DNA from: Camelus dromedarius
Taxonomy: Eukaryota
NCBI RefSeq assembly: GCF_036321535.1
Contig: NC_087436.1
Coordinates: 74,278,001-74,342,000, forward strand
Length of the DNA: 64,000 nt
Direction: 5' to 3'
Every line of letters begins with the position of its first letter. Position 1 is the stretch's first letter. The notes below the pieces were generated by a model. That model was not told the origin of the DNA, searched no databases, and saw only the letters and a program-made list of their open reading frames with translations. Below are positions 1-11,960 of this stretch, piece by piece. The position numbers were made by a program, and so were the translations under genes.

Positions 1-306
1 AGTTCATTAGTGTCCTCTTTTTTCTTTAGGTTCCACATATCAGTGATATCATATGGTATTTTTCTCTTTCTGGCTTATTTCACTTAGAATGATGATTTCC
101 AGATCCATTCATATTGCTGCAAATGGTATTATTTCATTCTTTTTATGGCTGAGTAGTATTCCATTGTATGAATACACCACAACTTCTTTATCCAGTCATC
201 TGTTGATGGACAATTAGGTTGCTTCCATGTCTTGGCTATTGTATATAGTGCTGCTATGAATATTGGGGTACATGTATCTATCCCACTCCTGAGCATATAT
301 CCTGGA
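1..306 (-). mobile_element. L1 3' fragment (ORF2 C-terminus and 3'UTR), runs off the window start; short inverted 5' segment at 280-306
   Basis: Minus-strand ORF 129..347 contains DTCTPIFIAALYTIAKTWKQPNCPSTDDWIKKLW, the L1 ORF2p C-terminus. 280-306 is upstream L1 sequence (IPLLSIYP) in the opposite orientation. Confidence 0.92.
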
Positions 307-884
307 ATTATCTTTATTTCAGAAATTGTTGGTTGAATACTTTCCATGCCAACCCCTATGATAAATGTTGCTTATGATACCAAAAACCTCAATGAATCCA
401 AGAATAGCTGAAAGAAAATTACGAAGTCCTATCTATGGGTAATCATATCATCTCTAAATGAAAAGTTGGACAAAGGGCTTTCCTCCTGGATTTTATGCAT
501 TCCTATCTTATAAGGTGTAAAGTTAATCCACATTTTGCTATGCACTTAATTGGTCTTTATCAAAAGCTGTAAAATTATATAAATTCATGATCAATGACTG
601 CTGCAGCCCTGTGTCAATTTCCCTGTTTTTGTTCTCTATAGAAAGCTTTTGCTTTGTCTTTGAAAGAGTACCCAGGCTCACTAGTGGAGGTAGATTGATA
701 AATAGTAGGCAAAAGTAAATTGAATTGCAATAGTAAACTCAATCAATGTTATGAAATGGTTTTTTAAGTTGAATCCCTCTTGGTCAGCCTACAGGAAAAC
801 AAGTTACTTTTCATTGTGATGAATGTTAGGACACCTTCGGATCCATCAGTGGACCTCACTATGCAAGGATGACGTGAATTTGGA

Positions 885-1110
885 GAAGAGACTCTTGAGG
901 TAGACGACCTGGATTCGGATCCTGGGTCTGTCACTGACTCTGGGACTATGGAACTTTGGATGGATGGTTTCTCTCCCTGGGCCTCAGTTTCCTTATCTTC
1001 CAAATGAGGATGGTCATATTTTCCTCAGAGGGTGATTGTGAGGGTTAAATGGGCTAATGCAGGTAACTAGCACAAAGTAAGTGCTCGATAAAGGTTAGTT
1101 ATTTTTATTG
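885..1110 (+). mobile_element. MIR SINE
   Basis: MIR core ctgggcctcagtttccttatcttccaaatgaggatg and tail cacaaagtaagtgctcgataaa. Confidence 0.8.
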
Positions 1111-2059
1111 TCCTCATTATCCCTGCTGCATTCTATTATTCTGTATTTGTGATACATGGGAGACTGATGGATGGGGTGACTGTAGCTTGCCTACACCTAA
1201 TTCGGTGTAAATATACCTAATCTTAATCACGTCATCCTTGGGACAATCATCTTTTAGAAGCATATACTTTGGAAAGAACAGGACAGAGATTTATTGATTT
1301 ATAGCGAAATCCTCTGGCTTAGTATGCAGGGTGACCATAGGAAACACTGGATTAAGATCAGCGTCTCAGATTCCCAAGCCTCAAATGCCTCCTAGTCTTC
1401 AGGTAACAGGGGACACATAGTAGAATTTGAGCTTCTGCTTCCCTTGAAAGAGGATGCTTTCAACTCTCTTAGCCTGTGGGATACTTGGGGGTTTGGATGC
1501 CTGTGCTTTAAGGGATGTTGAGATCAAATATATTTTGGCTCTATTTATGCCAAGTTGCTGACATGTTCTATTTATTGTCCCTAAAGCAGGTTAGAATCAA
1601 AATGCTGCTCATGAATAGGTGGAGATGATTTCATAGCTTGGGTTTTGCAATTGATTTCCTAGAAACGTATCTCATTTGTGCACCCAAGTAAAGACATGTG
1701 ATTGCTTTTGAGCTTAACTATATCATTCAGGTATGTGCCTCCTCCTTAGTGTGGTATCTAAGTTGCCTGTGTGTTATTCCAGTAAACAAAGGCACTTGGT
1801 CAAAATGGTCTCTCAGGAAAGCCTAAATTTTCTTCTTAAAATGTTAAAATGAGAACTATCCGTCTAAGGAATGCCTTGAAAATATTAGAAATCATTGTTT
1901 TTCAAAAATTAATGTCAGTAATTGTTAGACAGTGTCTGAAACTTTAAAAATCATAGCTGCCTGGAGCAGTAGTGGGGAAGAAGAATAAGGATGTAGAAAC
2001 ACTAAGATTGTATGTTTCATAAGACAAAAGTGATACTGCATTCAGAACAAGAGATCTGA

Positions 2060-2191
2060 AGTGGCAGGGAATTTTAATGCCCTGTAACAGGCTCTAGTGA
2101 AAAAGAATATGAAAAATAATATTGAATCACTGAATCACTGTGCTGTACACCAGAAAGTAACACAACATTGTAAACTGACTACAGTGAAAAA
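2060..2191 (+). mobile_element. Short 5'-truncated L1 3'UTR tail (younger artiodactyl-type)
   Basis: aactgaatcactgtgctgtacaccagaaa-like terminus with A tail. Perfect 14-bp TSD AACAAGAGATCTGA at 2046-2059 and 2192-2205. Confidence 0.88.
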
Positions 2192-3399
2192 AACAAGAGA
2201 TCTGAGAATTCTGTTCCGTTCATTCTAGGTTGAATTTCGAGTAAATGACTGAGTCCTTGAATATACAAAGCTAAGGATTTACTCGTCTGTAAATTAAAGA
2301 ACATGAACTAGTGGATGTGTCAGGTGCATATTGTATATTGTCTATAAATGTCAAAATCAGTGTAATGTGGCTTTTGGGTTGAATTCCTCAAGAGGCAGAG
2401 GAGATGAGCGTTTGATTCAGTGCTAAACAAAGCCTTACTAGTAAACATTAAACTGATGTGGATTTAAATACCCTCTTCTACAGTTTAAACGTGGGCTTTA
2501 AAAGTAATGTCCCCATGGTGATAAGAGGGTCAGTATGGGGGTATGTGTGGAAAGATCGCTGTAGGAAAGTAAGTTGGCCCCGTTTCATGCTGTCTGCAAC
2601 AGTGTGGGCTAATGGCCTGGACAGCATCGTCAGAGTAAACCTGAATTAAAAACATGAGTGGGGATAGATCAAGGGCCCAGATTTACCCAGGAGATGTGTC
2701 AATGACATTCAGCTCAGGAGAGAGGTTTTGAAGCCCCATTTTATAGCATGTTAGTGGGAGAGGATAGTTCTCATTATAGACATTCTAGGAAGAATTGGAA
2801 AAAGAGTGAACACCATAAATTTGATTTGAATTTGACTGGCATTGTAGCCTCAAATTCTGTATCCCTTTAGCTGTAGTGTATCCCTTTAAACTGTTAGTAT
2901 GTGTCAGAGAGCAAGTAAGTATATCCCATCTCTGTAACTTGGGCAAGTAGGAATTGTAATAATCCTATTTAAGATGTAAATAGCAAAAGGGAGAAATAAT
3001 AAGAAAATGGTCAAATAGAACTGCCCATGTGGTTGAGGAACTGTGCAACTCAGCTCAGTGACACCCATGGGAAAACCTAATGGAATCGCTCAAGAAGGAA
3101 AAATATATTTTCTTTCTCTCTTTCTTTTTTTTTTTTTTAATTTGAAAAAATGTATTTTCAGTGGCAGAAATCTCAGAGCACTGAAAAATGTTAGAAAAAG
3201 CTGCAGGCCTTTCAATAGATGGAAATTCCTTGTTTTCTCAAATATATCTTTCGAGACATTTGGTGGAAATTCTAATAGCTACAGTTAAATTTCTTCCTAA
3301 TAATAAAATTTCAGATACAGACTCCTTCATCATTTCAGATTTCCCCAAATTTGTCAAAGGCACAATACTACATATTTTAAATAGGCAAATATCTTTAAG

Positions 3400-3590
3400 T
3401 GTCATGCTTACTTCTGACTTTGCTGCTTCCCAGTGTGGTGCAAGATAACTGCTCTGAAACTCAGCTTTCTTGTCTGTAAAATGGGGGTAAAAATCTCTGC
3501 CTTTGGAGTGACCCTTATTATTAATTACATATGTGTATATTAGATTAAATACATAGCATTGGACTGGGTAGCAGGTGGGAAGCCAATAGA
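3400..3590 (+). mobile_element. MIR SINE (degraded)
   Basis: ctctgaaactcagctttcttgtctgtaaaatggggg core. Confidence 0.65.
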
Positions 3591-4649
3591 TGCTGGTGGG
3601 GCATGCAGGTAGTGATTTCCGTATGTTAAATTCTACCCAGACTTGGACACAATGTGTATATATTTTACCAAATCAGTTAACTGAGTCTCAATTTCAGAAT
3701 CTGCAAAAATGGTGGGAATACTTTGTGTGTGTGTGTGTGTGTATGAAATATTTGAGATTTGCAGTCTGCTCATAAACATAAAACATCTTGGGGAAAAAAA
3801 GATGCCACTCAGACATAAATGATTACTTGTCATCCCCCCCAGTTTTGTTGACTCAAAAACATCAGTTGCAACATCTCATCATAATCTTATCCAGTTCTGT
3901 CTTATGGAATTAAAAGTTGATTCTAGGCATGTTTTGTGGTTTTTCTGGGTCTAGAAGATGAACAGGCTGAACTGGAAATAAACAAAGCCAGAAATCTTAA
4001 GCAAGATGGTAGAGAGCTATTCACTCCCACTGCCTGAGGAATTTATGACCAGTAAGTTGTTCTCTGATGGGCACAGAATGAGAGCATTGCATCTTCTCTT
4101 AATTAGTTTGACAGATATTCATTTAAATTTGAAAAGATTCCCAGGCTTGGGATAGCAAAGGAAGGTTCTGAATTCCTTTCGCGTCTTAATTCTGTTTTTG
4201 TTGTGGTGGCTCTGGGGAATGTCAACATCTGAAGACAAATAAAGCCCACGTCTTCATCCAGGGACCTCCATGTTTTCTCTTTAGAAGTGCCTGCAAAGCA
4301 CCGCGCTTTTGCTTTGCAGCTGTGAAGTCCGACACAAAGCACCAGGTTCTGCAAGAACACTGTGGGGCTTGGTGTCTATGAGGGGTGGGTTTTTTTTTTT
4401 TTCTTGGCTAACAAGGCTGAGAGTTTCAAGGCTGGCCTTAAATAGCCAGCTTTCCATCAGAATAGGTCACTGATTTGGGTATAATGACTTGAAGTACATA
4501 CCAAAGTCATGAATGCACTAAACTACGAGTTGTTTTTACTCTCAATCCTTAAAACTGTTGTGAATATTATGTTACCACCAGCTCTTGGTTATCCATGGAA
4601 ATGAGTAATCAGGGGGCCATATATCCCGTCACTCTCAACCTCTCCCTCT

Positions 4650-4653
<4 letters not shown>

Positions 4654-4699
<46 letters not shown>
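4654..4699. repeat. (AC)n microsatellite, about 23 units
   Basis: Read directly from the sequence. Confidence 0.98.
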
Positions 4700-4701
<2 letters not shown>

Positions 4702-5481
4702 ACTCCCTTTTAGCCAATAGTAACACTAACCTTTATCAGGATCGTCTCTTTTAACCTTGTCACAGTGATCTCTGGTTGCTCACCAGGCAAGGAGGCAGGG
4801 ACTGAAAGTCACCACCCTTGCGGCCTGGCCAGGTTGCCCAGGTCCTGAGGGGTGCCTTTCCCCCATGCACATAAAGAAAGGCCCTTATGGGCTAGTTGTG
4901 GTCCCGACTGAAGGCTGTGATCAGGGAAATGGCTTAACACCGACAGCTTTGGGAGGAAGGCACAGCGCTTGCCTAATCTACCAAGGCTGAACATTTGGCT
5001 CTGGAGTGAGTTCATTCATCAGGTCAGTCTGGTCTTGATGTACCTCGGCGGCATGTCCCACCCCCGCCTCCCACCACCGCCATTTTCCTCATTTTCCTTA
5101 AAGCAGATTCCTTTTGCTGTTGACTCTTCTTAATGAGGCCAGAACATAACACCCAAGGAAAGGGGTCCAGGATTTTAGTCCTGACTTAAACAAAGAGAGA
5201 AGGAGCTTGCAAAGCATCACTTGTTCTCTCAGGTCCCTTGTCTTGGTCATCGGAGTGTATTCTCTGTGAGCCTTACTCGACTTAGCTCGGCAGAGATGGT
5301 GAGCGTAGTGTCAGGTCATGAGGACCAGGTGAAAGTCCCTGCTTTACCACTTGTTAGTAGAATAATCATGAGCATGTTTTACCATATTGAGCAATCATTT
5401 CACCTTCTGTAAAACAAGAACGATAATATGAGGCTTTGGTGAGATAATATATATATAAAATGCTAAACAATATTGCCAGAG

Positions 5482-6592
5482 TAATGGTTCTCAAAGTGTG
5501 GGCCCTGGACCATCAGTGTCACCTGTTAGAAATGCAAATTCTCAGGCACCAAATAAAAAGCTCTGAGACATGGAAGAAAATATTTGCAAATCATATATCT
5601 GATAAGGAGTTAATATCCAGAACATATATATATATATATAGCTTGTAAAACTCAGCAACAAAAAATCTGATTTTTTAAAAAGGCAAAAGATTTAAATAGT
5701 CACTTCTCCAAATATGATATACAAACGATCAGTAAGCACATGAAAAGATGCTCAACATCACTAATCATTAGGGGAATGCAAATCAAAATCACAATGAGAT
5801 GTCACCTCACATCCCTTAGGATGGCTCCTATCAAAAACACAGAAAATAAGAGGATATGGGATTGGAACCTTTGTGCACTGTTGGTGAGACTGTAAAATAG
5901 TGTAGCTGCTACAGAAAACAGTTCCTCAAAAAATTAAGCATCAGATTACCATATGATCCAGCAATTCCACTGCATGGTATATGCCCCAAAACAATTGAAA
6001 GCAAGTTCTTGAAGAGGCATTTGTACACCCATGCTCATGGCAGCATTATTAACAATAGCCAAAAGATGGAAGCAACCCAGATGTTCATCCATGGGTAAAT
6101 GGATAAACAGAATGTGGTCTATATATGCCATGGAATATCATTCTGCCTTTAAAATGAAGGAGATTCTGACACATGCTACATCACAGGTGAACCTTGAGGA
6201 CATTATGTTAAGTGAAATAAGCTAGTCACAAAAAGACAAACATTATATGAGTGCACTTATATGAGGTACCTAGAGTAGTCTAACTTACAGAGACAGGAAG
6301 TAGATAGGTGGTTGCCAGGGGCTGAGGGCAGGGAAGATGTGGAGCTCTTGTTTCATGGGTATAGAGTTTCACTCTTGCAAGATGAAAGTAGTTCTGGAGA
6401 TCGGTTACACAACGGTGTAAACGAACTTAACGCTGCTGAACCGTACACTTATAAATGGTTAAGATGGTGAATACTATTTTACGCGTATTTTACGACAGTT
6501 GAAAAAAATAACTCGGGGGTGGAGCCCAGCAGTCTGAATTTGAACAGGCCCTCCAGGGAATTCTGATGCTTGCTCAAGTTTGAGAACCACTG
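5482..6592. mobile_element. MER5A-like hAT DNA transposon split by an L1 (parts at about 5482-5568 and 6509-6592)
   Basis: Terminal inverted repeats taatggttctcaaa and tttgagaaccactg. Internal gttagaaatgcaaattctcagg and gattctgatgc-like motifs. Confidence 0.8.
5569..6508 (+). mobile_element. Old L1 (L1MA/MB-like) ORF2 3' end plus 3'UTR
   Basis: Translations WKKIFANHISDKELISR and [17 protein letters not shown]...MEYHSAFK. The 3'UTR ends with aaatggttaagatggt followed by an A tail. Confidence 0.92.
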
Positions 6593-8404
6593 ATGTCGAG
6601 CAAACATTGAATAAATGGTGGCTGCTATAATTACAGCAGGAGTTATTGTTATTATCATCATCATTATGTATTTATCAGTGAAATATAAATGACGTCCAAT
6701 ACAGCTTGATTTAAAACACGCTTCCAGTGAGTTGTCTTTGGAAAATCTTTCAAAGTGAATCGGGATAGGCAATTAACAAGAACACGCCTCTTCCCTCACC
6801 ATTTTACATTTGGGAAGCTGTCTGTGTTGGTAGTTTCCTGAGAGCTGACTGGAGAAGGGCAGTCATTTAATTTCTGGAGGACACATTCAGCCTTGGGGGC
6901 CAAGTAACCATTTTTCCAGGCTCTTGGGACCGCATAGTCCAAACACAGCCGGTGTAGGGTCTGGTTCTGACCATCACTGTCCTCAGGATCACAGGCCTAC
7001 CTCTTTTCTTTTTTTTCCCAACATGGGCAAAGCCAAATTGTGCTGTAAACTTTTCCTCTCCTTTCAAATGGCCCCATCAGGATTAGACTAGATGGGAGGA
7101 GCAGTGTTAGCAGGTAAGTGAGCTTTTGTACCCATCTATTACTTTCTAACCCTGAACTAAATAGACTGAGCCTGGAATTATCATAAACCTACACCATTAA
7201 AGAGGCTGGCTGAAGTTAACAACAGAAGAGACACCATTAATTTACTTTTTCGGTAGATTCTACTGATCTGTAAACATCTTACTAGCCTTGAGTTTGGACT
7301 CTCAAACTTGTTTCAGGCAGCTTTTGCCACCTGGTACCCATCTTGCTTTATTTTTATTTATCTTTTGGAGGGCAGAGGGCAAAGGGCTTTGAAGAATTCC
7401 TCAGGCAAGCAAAGAGAAGCATTTTCTGCAAGGAAAATTAATGGTGCGTTGTTTTCCTTTGCAAAGGGCACCGAGGATATAATCTCAATGATACACTTGC
7501 CCATCATCTGTCAAAGCAAAGCAAATAAGCTGGTGCAGTCTTCCGTTATTGTAAAATGAGGACAGAAAATAGCAGCTGGATGGTGGTGGTCTAGCCAAAG
7601 AAAACCACCCTCATTCCAGAAAATGTGTACTTTTCTGCTCTCATTGAGTGATGTGCGTCCTGTATGAGTTAAGTTACAGCATTTTGTGGAAAGGTTTAAT
7701 TTGTTTAGTAATCTCTCAGGTGTTCGTTTTAGTAATTTTGGCTTTCTGAAAAGGTGAGTAGGTTCTGAGGGTTATTCTGCTTTGAAGATAAGGAAATTGA
7801 AGCACCAAGAAAAAAAAAAAGAATGGTTAGTGTTATGTGTTACATGTGTTAATGTGAAATTTGGAGTCTAAACATCCTCTTTTGCAGAAATAACTGCACC
7901 GTTCGTTTTGTCTCATCCACTTTTGTATGTTTTCCAAATACCGTGCATCTTGATACACTTGACTCTTGTTTTGTTTGTGTATTTTCTCCAGTGAGATCTG
8001 CCCCCAATTCCAACCCATCCCTAACTTTTCCATGTTTTCATCTATAATGTGGGGTTTTATTTTAAAATGCTCTTGGTGTCCCTGCAGAGGGATCCTTGTG
8101 TTACTCCCCTCGAAGCCAAATCACAAGATTATCTCCCTGTTTGTTGGCTGAGAGATCCAGGTTTTAAGGTAGGTCAAGGGGTGCATTGAGCAACTTATCA
8201 CCAGTGAATGAGCTCTCTCCAGATCCATCTATGGTGGGGCTAAGACTCTGCTGACTGGTGATGTGAGGTGGTGCTCCCGCTGTGGTTCAGTAGCCCTTGT
8301 CCAAGTGAGAAACCGTTAAGCGGTTTCACCATCTCAACCTGTTTGTCCTCCACTGTGGGGGGGGGAAGGGAGAAGGACTTGCTGGAGGCTGATTTTTTCT
8401 CCCC

Positions 8405-8882
8405 TATTAAAAAAATTGTGGTAAAGTATACTGGCATAGACCGAATATGTGTCCCCCCAAATTCATAGGTTGAAATCTAATCTCCAGTGTGATGGTATTA
8501 GGAGGTGGGGCCTTTGGGAGGCATGGGGTCGTGAGGGTGGAGCTCTCATGGATGGGCTTAGTGGCCTTATAAAAGACACCCCAGAGAGCTCTCAGCCCTT
8601 CTTCCATGTGAGGTTATAGGCACCTGTCATCCAGGAAGCTCTCATCAGATCAGAATCTGCCTGCACCTTCATCTTGGACTTCCCAGCCTCCAAAAGTGTG
8701 AGAAATAAATTTCTCTTGTTTATAAGCCATCCAGTCTATGGTATTTTGTTAGAGCAGTCCAAACAGACAAAGACATTCACATAACATAAAATCGGCCATT
8801 TTAACCACTTTGAAGTGTACACTTCATTGTCATTAAGCACGTTTGCATTCCTGTGCCACCACCACTATCCATCTCCAGAACG
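8405..8882 (-). mobile_element. Old L1 3'UTR end (parts 8405-8431 and 8776-8882) interrupted by an LTR
   Basis: attgtggtaaagtata joins cacataacataaaat...ccattttaaccac...ccatctccagaac across the LTR. Confidence 0.7.
8432..8775 (+). mobile_element. MLT1A-like MaLR solo LTR
   Basis: tgtgtccccccaaattcataggttgaaatctaat...ggacttcccagcctcc...gagaaataaatttc...tggtattttgtt...aagaca. Confidence 0.88.
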
Positions 8883-11294
8883 TCAAGGTGATTTTTTAAA
8901 GTCCTTTATGACCTCGGCTCCGGAATTCCAGTAACTTCGTTCTCTCTCTCTCTCTTTTAAAGTCTGTGTTCCTGTCCTGATTATTTTCCTCAGAGAGGAG
9001 GAAGGATTTCTTTTTTAACACTATGTGATGAATTGGTTTCAGTGGAATTCAAACGATCTTGTTGTTTGGGTTATTTCTTATCGGGAAGGCTGAATTTTTT
9101 TCTAAGAATGATGGCAGAGGTGAAGGGGCAAGAGGGAGGCACCTTTTCTGGGAGTCAATTTAGCAAAAGAGAGGAAATGGTGAGGTGATGTTAAATCATT
9201 CTTGGAAGGGTATTCTGGGTGCTAAAGGGGTATGTTGGCACTCTCAAAGAGCCAAGACTCCCAGCTTTCATCGAGGGAGCCTTCTGGCTGTACCTTTGGG
9301 CAACCTCCTTAGTGTTTCCATATTTGCTCTGCATTGATAAATGCTGCTTAAGGTCATGGTGCCCTTGGGTTCCCATTAAGCCAGGTAGAGGGAAGTTCTT
9401 TATTTACTTAGCATGCACAGCATACCAGGCACTCTCCAGGAGATAGACGGGACATGCCTGGCCTCTAGCTCAACCTGATGAGGGAGGACTACCTTGCAGG
9501 CACCCCTCTGCTGCTTCCACCTTCTGGAGTTTTGAGGGACACCTGGAGGAATGATTACCTTCCTCACCCAGTGCCTGAGATATTGGCTGTGGACATATGT
9601 TTGTACAATACAGCCTGAACCAGTCACGTGTTGAATAAGATACACTGGCTTCCTGGAATATTCTTGGAACAACTTAATTGTGTTTTGCCCAAAGAGAAAC
9701 CTGCTCAGACACATTTCTTTTTGATCCAAATCCCTTGCCCTCCTCCACTCCCCCGACCCCACCCTGCATTGCTGTTTGTCCTGCGTGTTTCTGTTCCTCT
9801 GCTCTAAATCCTCTCTGAGGGAATTCTGCATTTTGTTTTGCAGTTATTTTTTTTTTCCTTCCAGGTACAGCAGTGTCCGGGGATATTATATCAGAAGCAA
9901 GCAACAGAATTTTAATCTCTGTGACTTCTTACACATGCACAGCTTGTCTCCTAAGGCAGGATTTTCTAGTTAAATCTCTGGCTAATTAAGATGATAACCT
10001 TAGGTATGAACCTAGTTCATTTAGCCAAACAAGAAAAATCTGAGTAGAAGCAGTGCTCATGCTATAGGAAACTTAAAGCTTTGTGGAGACAAACTGAAAA
10101 CCTAATGGTGTGTTAGCCAGTGAGTTTTAATTTCCTTTATGATTGCTAATCAATCCCAGGACACAATCTGTGAGATGCTAAGTAGCCTCTAAAGGGGTTA
10201 TAGTCAGGCTTTAAAATGTTTTCCTTTTGACAGAACTTTAGTGCACTTCATATTTTATACCAGTAGCTGTTATTATTAATTTTCTATCCTGAAAAATAAT
10301 TCAGTACAGTAATGACAGGCAAGATTTAGTCACATGTTGCAAATACTCTGAAAAGTAGAAAGTTACAAATTTAGGTTCTTCTTAAAACAAACAGTGTTGA
10401 ATAACCAAGTTTGAGCCCAACCCCTGGAATAATAGTTATCCTAGCATCTTGCAAGGTGGGTAAACACTAAATCAGTGGGCTTCTCAGTTATAGAAAAGAA
10501 AAGAAAAAAAAAACAAAACAAAAAACCACAGGGAGTATTCCCAGCATATGGAGTTAGAGGGGACTTGTAAGACAGGTAGCCCAGTGTTCCCCCCACACTT
10601 CCGAAGCCCCACCCCACCACTGTGTCCAGTGCAGGAAGCTCCTACAATATTAGGGACAGAGGCTCATCCAGCCTCTTGCTGCATAGTTTCAGGGTTGAGG
10701 AAGTCAGTACCTGACAAGTCAGCTCATTTCTCGTTTGCATGGCTCTCACTTTTAGAAAGTTGAAACTCTGAGTCCTCAGCTCTACCTTAAGTGACCACTG
10801 ATCATACTCCTTGCCAAGGTAAGGTGTTATTTAATGCTGTTTTTTGAACACATGTGTGTAACTCACACAAAGCATTTACCATAGACTGTTACTATTTCAG
10901 CACGTTGTAACCTTGCAAAGAGTCACGCAGCATCATTACATGAGAAATGTCATCTGTTTCACTGATGTCTTCACCCTTAACTTTGCTGCAAAGCCCTCGA
11001 GTGGTCCTGAGAACCTACTATAGATGGGCAGGTTGGCATGGATGTTAGAAAAATCAGATAGGATTTTGAGGGAAGTCACCTTTCAAACCTGAACTTTATC
11101 TTCGACTTCCATTTGGCTCCTCTTGTTATGATGGTGATGGTGAGGAAGAGGGGTCCACACCTAGGTTCAAGTGAAGGCCACATCGAAGAGGAGGGCTGCG
11201 GGGAGTAGCTAGTCACTCAGTCACAGCTGACATTGGTCATGCCGTGTCCTCTTCCTTACTACTGAGGAAGTGTGATCAAGAACAGCATAATACC

Positions 11295-11430
11295 GGGGGA
11301 GGCTATAGCTCAGTGGTAGAGTGCATGCCTAGCATGCATGAGGTCCTGGGTTCAATCCCCAGGACCTCCATCAAAAAATAAATAAATAAACCTAATTACC
11401 CACACTCACCAAAAAAACAACCAAACAAAA
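11295..11430 (+). mobile_element. tRNA-Ala-derived SINE (camelid vic-1-like)
   Basis: tRNA-Ala(AGC)-like head with A box tagctcagtgg and B box ggttcaatcc. A-rich linker, cctaattacc module and A tail. TSD AAGAACAGCA(T/C)AATACC at 11278-11294 and 11431-11447. Confidence 0.92.
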
Positions 11431-11512
11431 AAGAACAGCACAATACCACTTTTGCTCAGCAAACTACTAAACTATATAATCATGGAGGTGGAAGGCCATC
11501 CCCAGTATTTTA

Positions 11513-11572
11513 TTTTATTTACATGGAATTTATTTTATTTATTTTTATTGAAGTGTAGTTGATTTACAGTCC
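11513..11572 (-). mobile_element. Minimal L1 3' terminus (about 25 nt plus A-rich tail)
   Basis: Reverse complement reads actgtaaatcaactacacttcaataaaaa. TSD TCCCCAGTATTTTA at 11499-11512 and 11573-11586. Confidence 0.8.
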
Positions 11573-11629
11573 TCCCCAGTATTTTACAGATAGGAAAACA
11601 GATTTAGTAGTCTTTGACAGAATATCTAC

Positions 11630-11960
11630 CAGGCTTGCAAACTTAAACGGCTATAGGACCAAGGAAGAAACACAAATGAAGTGGGCAAGGTACACAGTGT
11701 AGATAGCCCTTTTTCTAAGAACACAGTGGGCAATAACAAGTACTAGGCCAGATATCTCCTAGCTAAAGGAATCAGCAGATGCTCAACTCTACTGGGTTAT
11801 TATGATGAAGGAATGCAGACTCAGTGTTGCCAGAAATCTGGGTTTTTATGTGAAAGATCCCAAGTGATTAAATGTTCACATGGAAAGCGCCACATGCACT
11901 AACACAGTGCAGGTCAACTCAAACAAGCCTCTGAGCCAGATTCTGTTTGCAGATGCTGGT
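11630..11960 (-). mobile_element. MER102-like hAT DNA transposon
   Basis: cagtgttgccaga...tttttatgtgaaa...taaatgtt motif order, the reverse of the copy at 53021. Confidence 0.6.

Noticed and set aside
11295..11372. tRNA-Ala genes (also at 23431, 28261 and 41852)
   Set aside because: Each has a G-rich leader, A-rich tail, TSD and stem-disrupting substitutions, so they are SINEs rather than tRNA genes.
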